Assembly: GCF_964204645.1 (NCBI RefSeq)
Contig: NC_134026.1
Location: forward strand, 26,570,150 to 26,634,149
DNA length: 64,000 bases
Direction: 5' to 3'
Source of the DNA: Tubulanus polymorphus
Taxonomy: Eukaryota; Animalia; Nemertea
How positions within the stretch are numbered: the stretch's first letter is position 1; each line of letters starts with the position of its first letter. Under the pieces are notes generated by a model. The model did no database searches, was not told the DNA's origin, and worked only from the letters and a program-made list of their open reading frames with translations. The translations under genes and the position numbers were made by a program. Below, in pieces: positions 13,296 through 26,049 of this stretch.

Positions 13296-14245
13296 CAGGC
13301 TGCGTGCATCTTGACCTAACACATCAATTCCGTCAAGTACTGGTATATGGTTGAATCGATTTCCTGATTTAATTCGACTATGTTCGTTACGTTAGAGTTA
13401 GGCGATTGGTCTGCAGTCTCTAAACTAATTTCATGTATAAATTGTTGGTAAATTCTATTACCATGCAACTTCAATAAAACTTCAATATATCTATTTCTCA
13501 AATTATTGTCTGAGGATATTATTGAAGAATATATATGATACTGAAATCGTCGTTCAGTATATTTAAATGAGTGTATTCTGTCTATTAATTGGTTAAACAG
13601 GTTTACATTTCATTCATTGTAACTAAGCACTAAGTACAGTATTCAAATATCATGTATGCAATACCAAGTTTGCTTGCAATACACAATAGTGATGCATAGT
13701 AATTTATTGGTTTAGGGATTTAGGGGATGGAGATTCAAAAGCGAGAGTATAAGTAGAGAATGTTTCCAGGTACTGGTTAGCTGATGATTAGGCAATGCAT
13801 CTATTTTATAATTGACATGCATAACCAAAAATAAATGGAGAAATAGGGGACAGTATACTACTGACCACACTACGATTCAAGAAATCATTCAAAATGTTAC
13901 TACTTTTGGTAGAATGATAAAGAACATGACGAGATCATTTTGAACATGTCTTCAAACATGACGTTGCTCCCATTGTTTTGATTTTGATCAATTTGTAAGT
14001 TGGAACTGTATGCCCCCTCCTCCTCCCCCCCCCCCCCAATATACGGCTGCAAGAGTGCTTCTCGTACCTGACGTGTGACGAAGATTCAATTAGACATTGC
14101 CATTTACAAATAAAAGAATTGATTTTCTTATGCTATGCGAAAGTATTTGTGTTCATAAATCGACCAATACATGCTTATGATATAAGTTCGATAAGTACGA
14201 TTGTTATAGTTTTGTCTTCATCACTTAATAACATTGATCCTCCAT

Positions 14246-15246
14246 TTATTCCAATGCTTGAAAATCAAGCGTTTGTGGAATCGTATTTTGAAACGTCGTA
14301 CTGGGCATGTGTCCACTCAAAATAATTTCGGAGAATTCTGAAAATATCAACAAAACATTGCATAAGAAATGATTGACACTGCAATCCTTATACAATTTTA
14401 GTAAATAAAACCGCTGTTTCACGACGGACCTTGAAAAGTAAGTTTTCCATCACCGTCTAAATCTGCGTCTGACAGAACACTGTGTACATCTCGTCGAATT
14501 GTATCGTTCCCATCTCCCAGAATACTGAGAGCTTTTCGTAGATCAGATTTGTTCAGGTAGCCTTTATCGCCGATGTCGAATTGCCGGAATGTCTCCTGTA
14601 GGACAGCGTTGTTAGTTTTTGCCTCTTCCAGGTGAACCGCCATAAATGCTAGAAATTCTCCAAAATCGACTGTACCATCACCTTATATATAAGATAATCT
14701 AAATTGCTACGTTCAGATCGTAAAAAGAGTTGTTACAATACACGAAAGAAGAATTTACCTCCCGAATCAATTTCTGCAAGCATTTCATCTAATTCTCTAT
14801 CACTGTACAATAGTCCCATTCGTTCCATTACATTTGCCATTTCAGACTTTGAGACATGTCCATCGCCATTGGTATTAAACAATTCAAAAGCTTCTTTTAT
14901 CTCTATTGATATAATAACGATTCACACTGTGTAACGTAGGCAATGTAACTATCATAATAAAACATTTGAATTTACTTTCATATTGAAAATCTAAGAAAAA
15001 ATATCATTTTTACACAAACAGTGAAACACAAATTGCACTTATTATACTACGTACTAGATCACATCCCAATGATTTAATTACCTCCGATTAACCTTTCATT
15101 TAGTGCGTGAGCCTGAAAATCAAGTTACACATTTTAGCGACATTTTTAAAGAGACATTTTTTTTTACTTTCTTAAAAAAACGAAATCATTACAATACGTA
15201 CCCATGATGTTGAGTTGAGATCGCTATATCCAATGCTAGTCGCCAT
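14246..15246 (-). CDS. Calmodulin-like four-EF-hand protein, tandem paralog A
   Basis: Exons 15246-15202, 15112-15082, 14902-14759, 14681-14430, 14337-14246 splice in frame: MATSIGYSDLNSTSW...EIKEAFELFNTNGDGHVSKSE...DSGGDGTVDFGEF...DIGDKGYLNKSD...DLDGDGKLTFQEF...ALE*. Confidence 0.88.
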
Positions 15247-15711
15247 TACTCTCGTTATACATTAAGACATAGAGACATTTGAAGGAAGGGTAACCATTGA
15301 AATTAAACCGTGCAGAGAAAACACGACGAAACAGCAATTGTCACGTCTTTAAGTACAAACAAACTTAAACCATGCGATTAATTGGCTCATGTTATTCTCA
15401 GATTATGAGATAATATGTGCTCTATCGCATTGGAAAATCTAAGCCTGAGTTCGATTAGCACATTTACCGGTACTAATACATTTTCTGTAATATAGATTTT
15501 TCTCTATATGAATCTTATTTCTACGAGAATACATGTATGTATATATTTTAACTTAATGACTAATTATAAACCCTGGGGTACAATGAGTATCGCGTATTGA
15601 ATAAAGTATAGTATAGTATATTGTTTTATTTTGAAATTAGGAACAAACGATTTTTGGGGCGATTTATCAACTTTTATTCTTATAATGTATGTAAACAAAA
15701 ACATGTATTTG

Positions 15712-16724
15712 TTAATGAAGTCTGCGAATATCAGTATGATTCATCTGTCCAGCGACTACGATATTTGCGAATTCTGAAAATTCAAAACAAAATTCAGAAA
15801 TGGAATAAACACGTTCAAAACGATTGTATGATTTAATTGACCGATTCTTTAGGATTAATTTCAATGCAGGATCGATCACCACTGCAGAATCTACCTTGAA
15901 AAGTAATTTTTCCATCACCATCCAAATCTGCGTCTAACAGGACACTGTGTACATCTCGTCGAATTGTATCGTTCCCATCTCCCAAAATACTGAGAGCTTT
16001 TTGTAGATCAGATTCATTCAGGTAACCTTTATTACCGATGTCGAATTGTCGGAATGCCTCCATTAGGACGACGTCACTGGTTTTTGCTTGGTCCAAGCTA
16101 ATCACCATAAACGACAGAAATTCCCCGAAATCAACTGTACCGTCACCTATAGCAAAATATTTAACTCTAAAGTTCACGCACAAAAGTTGCGTTCAGCAAA
16201 CAACAAATATGTTTACCATCTGAGTCAATTTCTGCAAGCATTTCGTCCAATTCTGAATCGCTGTACAATAGCCCCATCCGTCTCATTACATTGGCTATTT
16301 CAGACTTTGATATGTGTCCATCGCCATTTGTGTCGTATATTTCAAATGCTTCTTTCAATTCTGTATAAGATATTCGATCATAAGCCAAGCAAATAGAAAT
16401 TTAGCAAAGAAATCATGATAATCAATCTAAAAAGATTTATTTGGTAGATTGCTCGATTTTCTGTTATTCAAACGACGTAATGCGTACATGTTCATAGATT
16501 AGAACCGGATACTTACCTGCGATTAACTCCTCCGAAAGTGCATTAGTCTAAAATAAGAGTGAGATTTGAAGATATATGGTCTAAAATAAGAGTGAGATTT
16601 GAAGATATATGAATATGAAAGCTATTCCTAAGCACGTTGAATGTTATATGTGGTTTTCATTCTGAATTCTCTCACATACCCAGGATGTTGAATTAAGATC
16701 GCTATATCCAACGCTAGTCGCCAT
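15712..16724 (-). CDS. Calmodulin-like four-EF-hand protein, tandem paralog B
   Basis: Same five-exon layout as paralog A: MATSVGYSDLNSTSW-TNALSEELIAELKEAFEIYDTNGDGHISKSE...DSDGDGTVDFGEF...DLDGDGKITFQEF...RRLH*. Confidence 0.88.
16546..16611. repeat. Perfect 33-bp tandem duplication spanning the exon-2 splice acceptor of calmodulin-like paralog B
   Basis: GTCTAAAATAAGAGTGAGATTTGAAGATATATG occurs at 16546-16578 and 16579-16611. Confidence 0.95.
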
Positions 16725-19700
16725 GACTTAGTAATTCCTTAAAATCCAACCTTTTGTAGATATCTAACGACAAACTACGTATGATTTCATATATACAAAT
16801 GTATGTATATAAATGTAACGAGTTTTTTTATTCTCTTACTCCAACAATTATTTCTTTCTTTTAGAGGAGATAATTGCTGAATAAAGAACAGGAATGTGTA
16901 TCAGCGTAACAGCGTGTGTTCATATTTCGTATACAGTGAATTAATATAACGAACACGGTAACACGTTTCCGTGAATGTAAAAAAATGCTATTTTTGCCGA
17001 TAGACAAAGACAACTATAATATGTACTGGTCACGCAGACGATATTGAGAAATATCTAAATGCAAAAACTAAATCTACGATAATAAAACCTATACTTAATC
17101 GAAAACCTCGTGCAATGAGCTTATAGAAAATTAACAAATACCAACAGTTCTAACCGGAATAAACAGTTTTATTACAATTTCATTTCTCATTTCTTTTTAC
17201 AGTACCTGCGTATCTATAGATTTTTGGGTAAAAGATAGTAAGATTTTGTGTACAGTAATGTTATGCACACTCACACACAGAATTATCTAGAAAACACGAA
17301 ATACCATTAATCATGCAGCAGTTACGTAGAAGCCATGTAGGAAATTCAGATATGAAAATACTTTACTTATATAGACGAGAACACGGTTTATATCGAAAAA
17401 GGCTTTATATTCTGATTTTTAAATTTGTCACTTGAATCTTTTCCAAATTCACTGTGAAAAGAAAATTCCAGCATATATATTACATTGGAATTAGTATTAC
17501 GTAGGATTGAATTTTAAAAAAAGCCCACCTACCACCAGATAGAACTTAGGAGACGGGAGGTAATCCCACTGGAGGTACACGTGATTAAAAGCTAATCACG
17601 CCTTAATTCACGATCAAAAGCGATTTCTAATTACAAATTGTCTGTATTCTTTCTCGGTGATTGCTACGTAGGTACCCGGCACCCAGGATCAGTTTCGCGG
17701 TTCCTTCATTGTGAAATTGTTCATTAGTGCTGAGAGCTACTAATTCTTAGTTCCTTCAACTTGCGGATTAAAATAAGTCCAAAAAATGGGAATCTATTTC
17801 CAGTAGACAGATTTTTATCAACAAAATAAACACAAAGAATGGATCTCATTTCGCGTGGGCCCAGTGGCTTTATACCAAATTGATTAGAAATGCATCTGTG
17901 AAAGCAAAAATATAAAATGTATGATACGACACGGATTTAGATCTAAATCATCGCTATTCTATTCAGATGGAATATGTATTTATCTTCTAGTTTGCAGTGA
18001 CTGTAAAAATAGTTCGAAGTGATGTAATGAAAGCGTAATGTTACCCGATACTTGTGGTTTGAATGTGTAGGAGTCTGCTTTGATTCAGCCTGTCTATCTC
18101 CAGGTAGTCTGGTAACAAGTGCTGTGTAACTCAAGATCGACCATTTCATTGCTCAACCATCCTCGAAATACGATTCCTTTGGCAAGTGCAGAAATCCTTT
18201 AAAAAAATCTCAGCGTGTGGGCGTACTACGAGCAGGAACGTGTATACCCCATCAAAATATGATGTATTCCCAGAACGCAATTAATTAATCATCGTAAGGG
18301 TTTTGTTTCGTTTTCCACCCCGTCGTTGGGTGAGTTCAATTACGTTTATGGAAGGAATCAGACAGTCCCATTAGTTATCCATACATGTGTCTCAAAATCT
18401 GATAACTGCAGCGATACCTTTGATTATTTCCCCATGGCCAGCACGACAATACAAAATAACGATTTATTTTTTGGTTTGAAAGTCTTAAAAATACACCGTG
18501 CTTTACTGGATATGATGTCTGGTATTTGACAGTTTCCTTTAGTGTACTTATTCGGGTACCGGTACTGTTTATCTCAGTTCTTACGCCTATCCTCTAATCC
18601 AACCGAAAGTGCTGAGGCAATGACGTTTTCGGTTTTCATTGTGACAACTGGAGAGATGTCGTTCGTGACGTCACGGACTTTGTAACCAGAAACTCTAGAC
18701 TTATTCATCGCATCGCAGAAAAGATTGAAGACGAGGAAAAGAGATTGCGGTGTGTGCGCGCTCGTAGGTGGATAACGCTCACCTAGCGAATCATTTGTGA
18801 GCTTCCAAACGTTGCGTGTGGACAGTTCTATCAGTAAACCTCTCCGTACCGTAATAGGATAACATCAAAATCGAGTCACATGGGAAAATTATTGTTAGGC
18901 GGCGACAAGTATTGCCTATAAGGATTAATATTTTCATTTAAGGTAAATAACTTCTTCGTTATTATTTGGCATTCGGCAGTATATCTAATCATTACATCAA
19001 AAGGTGTGTATTTAGAGTTTAAAGTTGAGCTTCATCTTGTTGAGCCGAATTATAGAATAATTCTAACAAAAGATAGTAGTGTACTTTTTCATTTGTTTTC
19101 CCGTATATCTATTAGTCATCAGAAATGTTAACGAAAATAACAGTTCCAAGTAAACTATGATTTCCTTTTATTCGCACTGAGATAGAATAATGATACTGTA
19201 TAGTTAGGCGATAAGCTTCAGTATCGGAGCATCTTTGTTTCTTTTTAATTCCAATCCTGTCGCTCGGTTTGGCAACTTTTGTTTTTTTTTGTGAATACGA
19301 TATGCACCACCTTATTTCATCAGGCGCCAACACTGATGTCGGTGACGAGGCGCCGTACCTTTTTAATTACATTTTAATAGATCAAAGATGTGATTTATTA
19401 GATGATGCTTTTCATAAAATCAAAAGTGACAGTTCGTCGATGAAATAGACGTGACGTGCAACGTACGTAATTATGCCATGTGACCGTTGAAGGTCACGTC
19501 TTCATGTCTTTAATTTTAATATTATCGGAACGAAAGTGGCTTGAGAATTAGGATAATCCAACGACTAGCCATAGATGTGTCAAAAGAGTACTTTTTATCA
19601 AATTTTCACCCATTGTCGATTCACAATTTAATTGACAAGACCCAAAAGCAGATAGATTTTTACTTAATCTCTGCTTCTTGTCCTGTTGAATCAAAATGCA

Positions 19701-22700
19701 TTCGATGTTCCTACTAATGCCTGTCAATATAAGGACGGAGAGTCGTAATCATTTTTTCTCGTGAAAAAAGAATTATCGGTAACTAGATATCACGAACATA
19801 GATAAAGAGTGAAATTTAATGATTCCTCTTAGAGATCATAAAGCCCTTTGAAGTTGCCTCAAAATACCGCTTCTGACGCAGAATCACGATTGCTTAACTT
19901 CATTTGGACTCGTCAATGAATAAAAAACAATGTCTCCAAATATCAGTATCAATAGAATACATTTTGTTTCTGTATATTTGTTTATGGGTTGTGTATGTCC
20001 GTTTTTACCTACTCAAATGGTGTAAATCTTAAGTACGAGATGAGCATACGGTCATTAGTCTCAATTCATCATTATGGCTCGCTTTCTTTGCCTAAGCAAT
20101 ATAATATGCTCCAAATTTTACGAGAGCTTAACGATGATCAATGGGTAACGGAAATATTCGCGGAATTAATATAGGATTTAAAATTAATACCAACCCTGTA
20201 GCAACTAAGCAGTTATGACGTAGACTGAGGTTCAAGTCCTTCATCTTTACATGGCCTCTTCGCAACAATATCCATATCATTTTTGCCAGTGTCATCATTG
20301 ATTACAATATAAGTTTTGATTTTGTATGGAATTGTGTATGCTGTCCAGCTGACAAATTAAGAACAGTGTCTCACTAGTTACGTTACAACTTGACGATGAA
20401 CGAATAAATCACGGGGTTGTATAATAAGAACTCCTAGTTTAAGATTTCGCCGATCTACAAGTTTTTCGATGAAGTTTATTTTCACAACATCAACACCAAA
20501 GATATATACACCGTTTACAACGTACAACGAACCCACATGTGAATATATAGATACACAGGAAATGAACTCTTTTTTACGATATGGTGAATGTGCGGAAGAT
20601 TGTAATTCGGTCTGGTATGAGATCACGATTCGTTATATTACCGGAAAATATCATTTCATCGGCGGCATATGAATTCCTTAATTACACAGATAAACATATA
20701 CGTATTCGCCTGGTTTTTTTTTCACCACCCACCCATTGGTTACCATGCAAATGAATATTTGTTTTGGGAAATATTCATTCGACTACATTGCTTTGACGAT
20801 ATAATGAATCGGAAAAAAAAACGCAAAAGAGCCACTATGACGTTCATGCGATAATCGCTAGCCCCAGAAGTATACGTGTTTTGTCTATCGCAGATTTTTG
20901 TGAAATGCGAATTTGGTAGTGGCACTTTATATAAATAATAAAACAACTTGCAAAATCTTAAGGTTTTAAAGATATGGGATGTAAATTGTTTCAGACAGAA
21001 AAGCGAAACGAGTAATTTGAATTATTGATATATCTGCCGAAAATGAAAGGAATAGCGAAAGCATAGTAACTTTTTGGACATGCAAAGACTGTTGAGCACT
21101 ATTTTTCTAGGATTTCGTTGTGTGTCACTTGGTCACAACCTGAACCAATCCCAACTTCGTACTACCCCGTGCATACAATCGAAAAAGCCCTTCTGTTGGC
21201 GAGGCTCTGTATTTTCTTTTCGATCATTACTTAAAGGCTAGATCTGTGATTTCTTCTCGGAAGCATTTACCGCTGATAACCGTAGATCGGAAACGAAGCC
21301 CAACGTCATTATACGAATGAATGTCCATATTTGCGCTCGGTATCACACCCGTTGGCTCGACTTTGATCTCCCAATTTGTGACTTTCTCATTTGGCGTCTT
21401 TTTATGTAGCTCGTAAAGACCGTGAGCTACGGCGAGAACACTGAAAAACTGCTAAGTGTTGTTTTGACTTACTTCCCCGGTCATTCACTGATTCAAATAT
21501 TGATAATATGAGCCCGATGCTGAATGATTAATCGTATACTTGGGCCGAAGCTAGAACTTTTTTCTAATGGCATCGTTCGTGGGAGTCATGGAAGAGGGTT
21601 GTAATGTTCAAGAAATTTCAGCCCACATATTGCCTTCAAAATCAGAAAGTGTGTGTTACGTGCATCTAAAATAGCGTTTTCTTCGTTTTGCATTCGATCA
21701 CGCTTATTAAAGACATCAAAGGTGGAATAGCTTCGACGAGTCGACTCAATGTATGGGAAATATCAGCTGAAAATTGCCGTTCGGCATGTTGCGTCGTCCT
21801 TATCGTTATGATAAGTATTAACGATGGTTGTTTAATATTATACATCAACGTATAGATAGAAATATGGATTATAGCAATGCACCGCTTCACCTGTGCGGAG
21901 TAAAAATCACATAGAATAGTAATTATCATAACTTTATACCAATAAACACTCCTACTTAGTTCTTTTTTTTACATCTCGGGTAAAACCTTAAAATCTAACG
22001 ATGCAATCATTTTGAAAATCCGATCGAAAAGCACTCAATAATAGCGTGGCAAAAATTCGTCTACAAGATTATCAACGCCTGCGTATCAAGGCTACGAGTT
22101 AAGGAAGAGCGACTACTTTGCGCTGATAAAAAGAAAAACATTGTGAAATTGTGAAGTAAATTCTCATTGCGTCAAACGATTGCCGCATATTCTTGTATCT
22201 GATGAAATGACGAGTGTAGGCTAACGTCTATGCAATGGATTTGTGTGTACACATCAAACTATCTTTCTTAGTACTTTCTTATACTCATAAGCTCCAACAT
22301 ACATCAGTGTGGTGATCTATTTTGCCATTTAAGGAAGGTTGTTGAGATGCAAAGTCATTTAGCTTTTATCGAATATTTCGATCCGATAGAGTCTCGTGCA
22401 GTTTCTAGAAATATTGCTTGCAGCAACAAATCTTAATCGGAGGGTGTAGTCATATTTATGTGGGTTGAGTGAGGCCATATTGACCTCGATAGATTTTACA
22501 GTCTCATACGTAATACGGTCAATATCACATTGAGAATGAATCGTGGATAAACTGGCGGGATAGCTTACCAATTTTCTGCTTTCACGCCTAATGAGAAAGA
22601 CATTTATCTTCAGTTAGATCGACCAAGCGTAACCCATTAGTTTGTGTCCATTTTGGGAGAATTTATCGCGAGAAGATCTGCTCATCTATTTGTCAATATT

Positions 22701-24288
22701 GGAAGCATGTTTAGTTTTTTCTTTATCCATAACTACATTAGACAATTAAACAGAGCTATCGTCTATTTTGTTGAGTATTTGGTGATTTGACGACTACGCT
22801 CTTGCAGATGTTAGTTCGATCATAAATCAGGTATAATTACTCTAAAGTTTTTATCATCGATAGAATAATGGCTCTTCAACCCGACTATATTTAAGTCAAG
22901 AATCATATTTGCATCATCGATGTACATTAGTACATTAAATGCGATTCTTTATTTCCCATGGAAAACATTCGATACAAAAGCACCCTTGAGTGAATAAAGT
23001 GTTGCTGAAAACGGACATTTCATTTATATCATATAATCAGTAATATTGGATATGCTTATTTTTCAGGTGGTGAATGCGGAAGAAACAAAACCAAAGGAAA
23101 GTTATTTCGCACTAGAGGAATGAATAGAAGAATATCCGCGTAATATTTCACGGTCGCAGTTTTGCTGAAATTAATTGAAGTGAAGTAATTGCTAATTCGC
23201 TGTTACATTCACTTCAGAGACAACACAAAATTACGGGTGATTAAATCCTCCAGACTGTACACGCCATCAACAACAACAACAACTACAACATCACGTAACC
23301 GTGTATAATAAGTGTATATACGTCCATTAAGCCTGGTTTAATGAAACGGGTCGAATGCGAGGATAACGTAAGATACGTGAAATACGTAAGATAGTTTTTT
23401 TAATGATAGTTTAGAAATCTATCTTCTTTGAGTTTGCAAAAACTGGATCGAAAAATCTTGATTGATTCGTGAATGAGATTTGATCAACTGCGCTTCAGCA
23501 ACACGGTTGGATGAAACACAAAAGAAATGTGACGACGCCGATAAAAATGCACGCACTACTCACAACTTCTGAACCGGGATTTGTGATGCAAAAATGGGCT
23601 GTTACAGAACTGACTCATTCATGATGAGGACAATTTTCGCCATGATTACGCTTATTAACTTGGGATACGCCAAACTCGTGTTACGAAAACTAGCTACGAG
23701 GAATTAGCCATAAAGTGAGACATTGGTTCACATTTACCGCCAGCTATTTTACCTCATACGTGACACTGACGAGCAAAGATAGCGACTGCCGAAGCTATCG
23801 TGCGACATGTCTCAATGGCATGGAAAAATATACCGAATATTCGTTTTCCCGTGTTGAAAATTAATAAAACTACGTGATCGTTACAGCTGCTGTGGTGCTT
23901 TGGTAAAAACCAAGATTCACATCTTCACTATCAGTTATCAATCAGGCTTCAGTATTAAACACAAGTTGTGGCAATTACACTCGCCTGCCGCATATCGATT
24001 TTTTCTATTTCGAAAAGATCAGGGAAACAATCATGAAAAAGAATTGACGAGCTTTGTGAAAGAGAGCTTTCATGACGCTATACGCCAATCTAGAATAGTC
24101 ACAGGAAAAATAACAGTAAATCAGAAAATGCATACGAGTTACCTTAAAGTGGATGTTATAAACATTGATTGTGATAAATAATCGAACTGATCAGAACGAA
24201 GAACGTCGTTATTAGTATCGGGTTAGATCCAAAATCAAGCGTTTCTTCTTATCGACGACGCGCGTAGAATAAATCAAATTGATCAAAA

Positions 24289-26049
24289 ATGGATGCATCT
24301 TTTAATCTATCGTTTGAGAGCGGAATCATTAAAAATAATGACTCAAGAGGTTTCCCCGTGAATCGATCACTAACACTGTCAAACTCGTCTGAATATTATA
24401 CGGATCAAAATGACAACACCCATGTAGAAACGTTAGCCATCGCCTGCGTGGCAGCGGTCATTATTTTTACGACGGTTTGCGGTAATATTCTAGTCGTGGT
24501 GGCTGTAGTCACCGAGAGACGACTTCGTAAAGTCGGCAACTCATTCATCGTTAGTCTGGCGGTTAGTGATCTACTCGTAGGAATAGTTGTTACACCGTTT
24601 TCGATCGTTTACGAAGTGATGGGCCAGTGGGAACTGGGCCATATGCTTTGTGACATCTGGATATGTCTCGATGTAACTTGTTGTACGGCGAGTATAATGA
24701 ATTTGTGCATAATCAGTTTCGACCGGTATAACGCGATTACTCAACCGTTACAGTATGCTTGTAAAAGGACGCCACAACGCGCATGTCTGATGATATTAGG
24801 GGCTTGGATGTATTCGGTGATAATAGCGCTTCCACCGATATTAGGATGGCGAGAAACTTCGTCCTTAAGAGAAGCGAAAACGTGTCTGATTTCACAAGAT
24901 AAAGGTTATACAATATTTTCGACCGTTGGTGCATTTTATTTGCCGTTGATCGTCATGTTTTATCTGTATGGCTGGGTTTTCCGAGCAACTTTAAAAAGAA
25001 AGCGTGAGTGGATTCCAGGTCCTGGATCCAGTCAGGTCAGCGTTAGAATGAACAAAGTCCGCATTGATGAAGGTTCTATTCTTTACGCGGGTGAAACCGC
25101 TGATTGTAAAACCAATTCGACTTTAAATAAAACATCGAAGAAATCGAAGAGCAACAAAATAGACACGATTAACCCATACATAGGGTATCGGTTGATGCAG
25201 AATGGCGATAATAATCTTAATTCAAGTTGCGAGAGTCTTACCACCTATGTTATATCTCCGAGAAAAAATAGCCGTCTTCTTCAAGTAGAAGCACCAAATT
25301 CACAACCGAGGACTAGCATTGGTGGAATTAGTGTCACATGTGACGGCTCAACAACATACGATTTTTCCGGAAGAAACAGCGCTTATTCTGATGGCGAATT
25401 AGCCGAAAATAAATTGACGTCGAAACGACTATCGATACAGCACGAAATGAGATCTTTCGATATTAGAAATTCCGTTGACAAACCTGGAAGAAATGAGGGC
25501 TCAGGTAATAATGCTTTGAGAACGTTTCGCACAGCCGCAATTGCCATCAACTTCGCGCAGTCGCTGCCGAAGAAAAAGAACAATATTTTAGTGAGTTTCA
25601 AAACGTTTTTCCGCAGACGAACTGTTGAATTCGAGACTGACGAAGCCAGCATTAGCAACGATTCAAATCCCGAACAAGAAGCCAGTAATTTAAAGCGAAA
25701 AGTACGAAAACTAATTCGACCACGCAAAAAACACATTTCAGTGTCACAAGAAAAGCGTGCCGCCAAAACTCTCGGAATAATAATGGGTTGTTTTGTGGTA
25801 TGTTGGCTTCCGTTTTTCGTGTTAGCCGTGATGCTGCCATTTTGTCCTAGCTGTGACATACACCCGGCCATTACGAGTTTTTTCACGTGGCTCGGTTATT
25901 GTAACTCGGCCCTGAATCCGATTATATACACATTCTTCAATCAGGATTTCAGGAAAGCTTTTAAGAAAATTTTATGCCTTCGAGGAAATGCCTTTTATAA
26001 AGCTATGTGTGGCGTCTGCTCACGCAAGTCGTGCTCGTATCCCGTATAA
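24289..26049 (+). CDS. Biogenic-amine GPCR, 5-HT1-like (586 aa, single coding exon)
   Basis: TM3 Asp in DVTCCTAS, DRY, CLISQDKGYTIFSTVGAFYLP (as recalled for invertebrate 5-HT1 receptors), long ICL3, EKRAAKTLGII, CWLPFF, NSALNPIIY. Confidence 0.9.
   Translation: MDASFNLSFESGIIKNNDSRGFPVNRSLTLSNSSEYYTDQNDNTHVETLAIACVAAVIIFTTVCGNILVVVAVVTERRLRKVGNSFIVSLAVSDLLVGIVVTPFSIVYEVMGQWELGHMLCDIWICLDVTCCTASIMNLCIISFDRYNAITQPLQYACKRTPQRACLMILGAWMYSVIIALPPILGWRETSSLREAKTCLISQDKGYTIFSTVGAFYLPLIVMFYLYGWVFRATLKRKREWIPGPGSSQVSVRMNKVRIDEGSILYAGETADCKTNSTLNKTSKKSKSNKIDTINPYIGYRLMQNGDNNLNSSCESLTTYVISPRKNSRLLQVEAPNSQPRTSIGGISVTCDGSTTYDFSGRNSAYSDGELAENKLTSKRLSIQHEMRSFDIRNSVDKPGRNEGSGNNALRTFRTAAIAINFAQSLPKKKNNILVSFKTFFRRRTVEFETDEASISNDSNPEQEASNLKRKVRKLIRPRKKHISVSQEKRAAKTLGIIMGCFVVCWLPFFVLAVMLPFCPSCDIHPAITSFFTWLGYCNSALNPIIYTFFNQDFRKAFKKILCLRGNAFYKAMCGVCSRKSCSYPV

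Noticed and set aside
25383-25886. 167-aa minus-strand ORF
   Set aside because: Antisense shadow of the GPCR coding exon.
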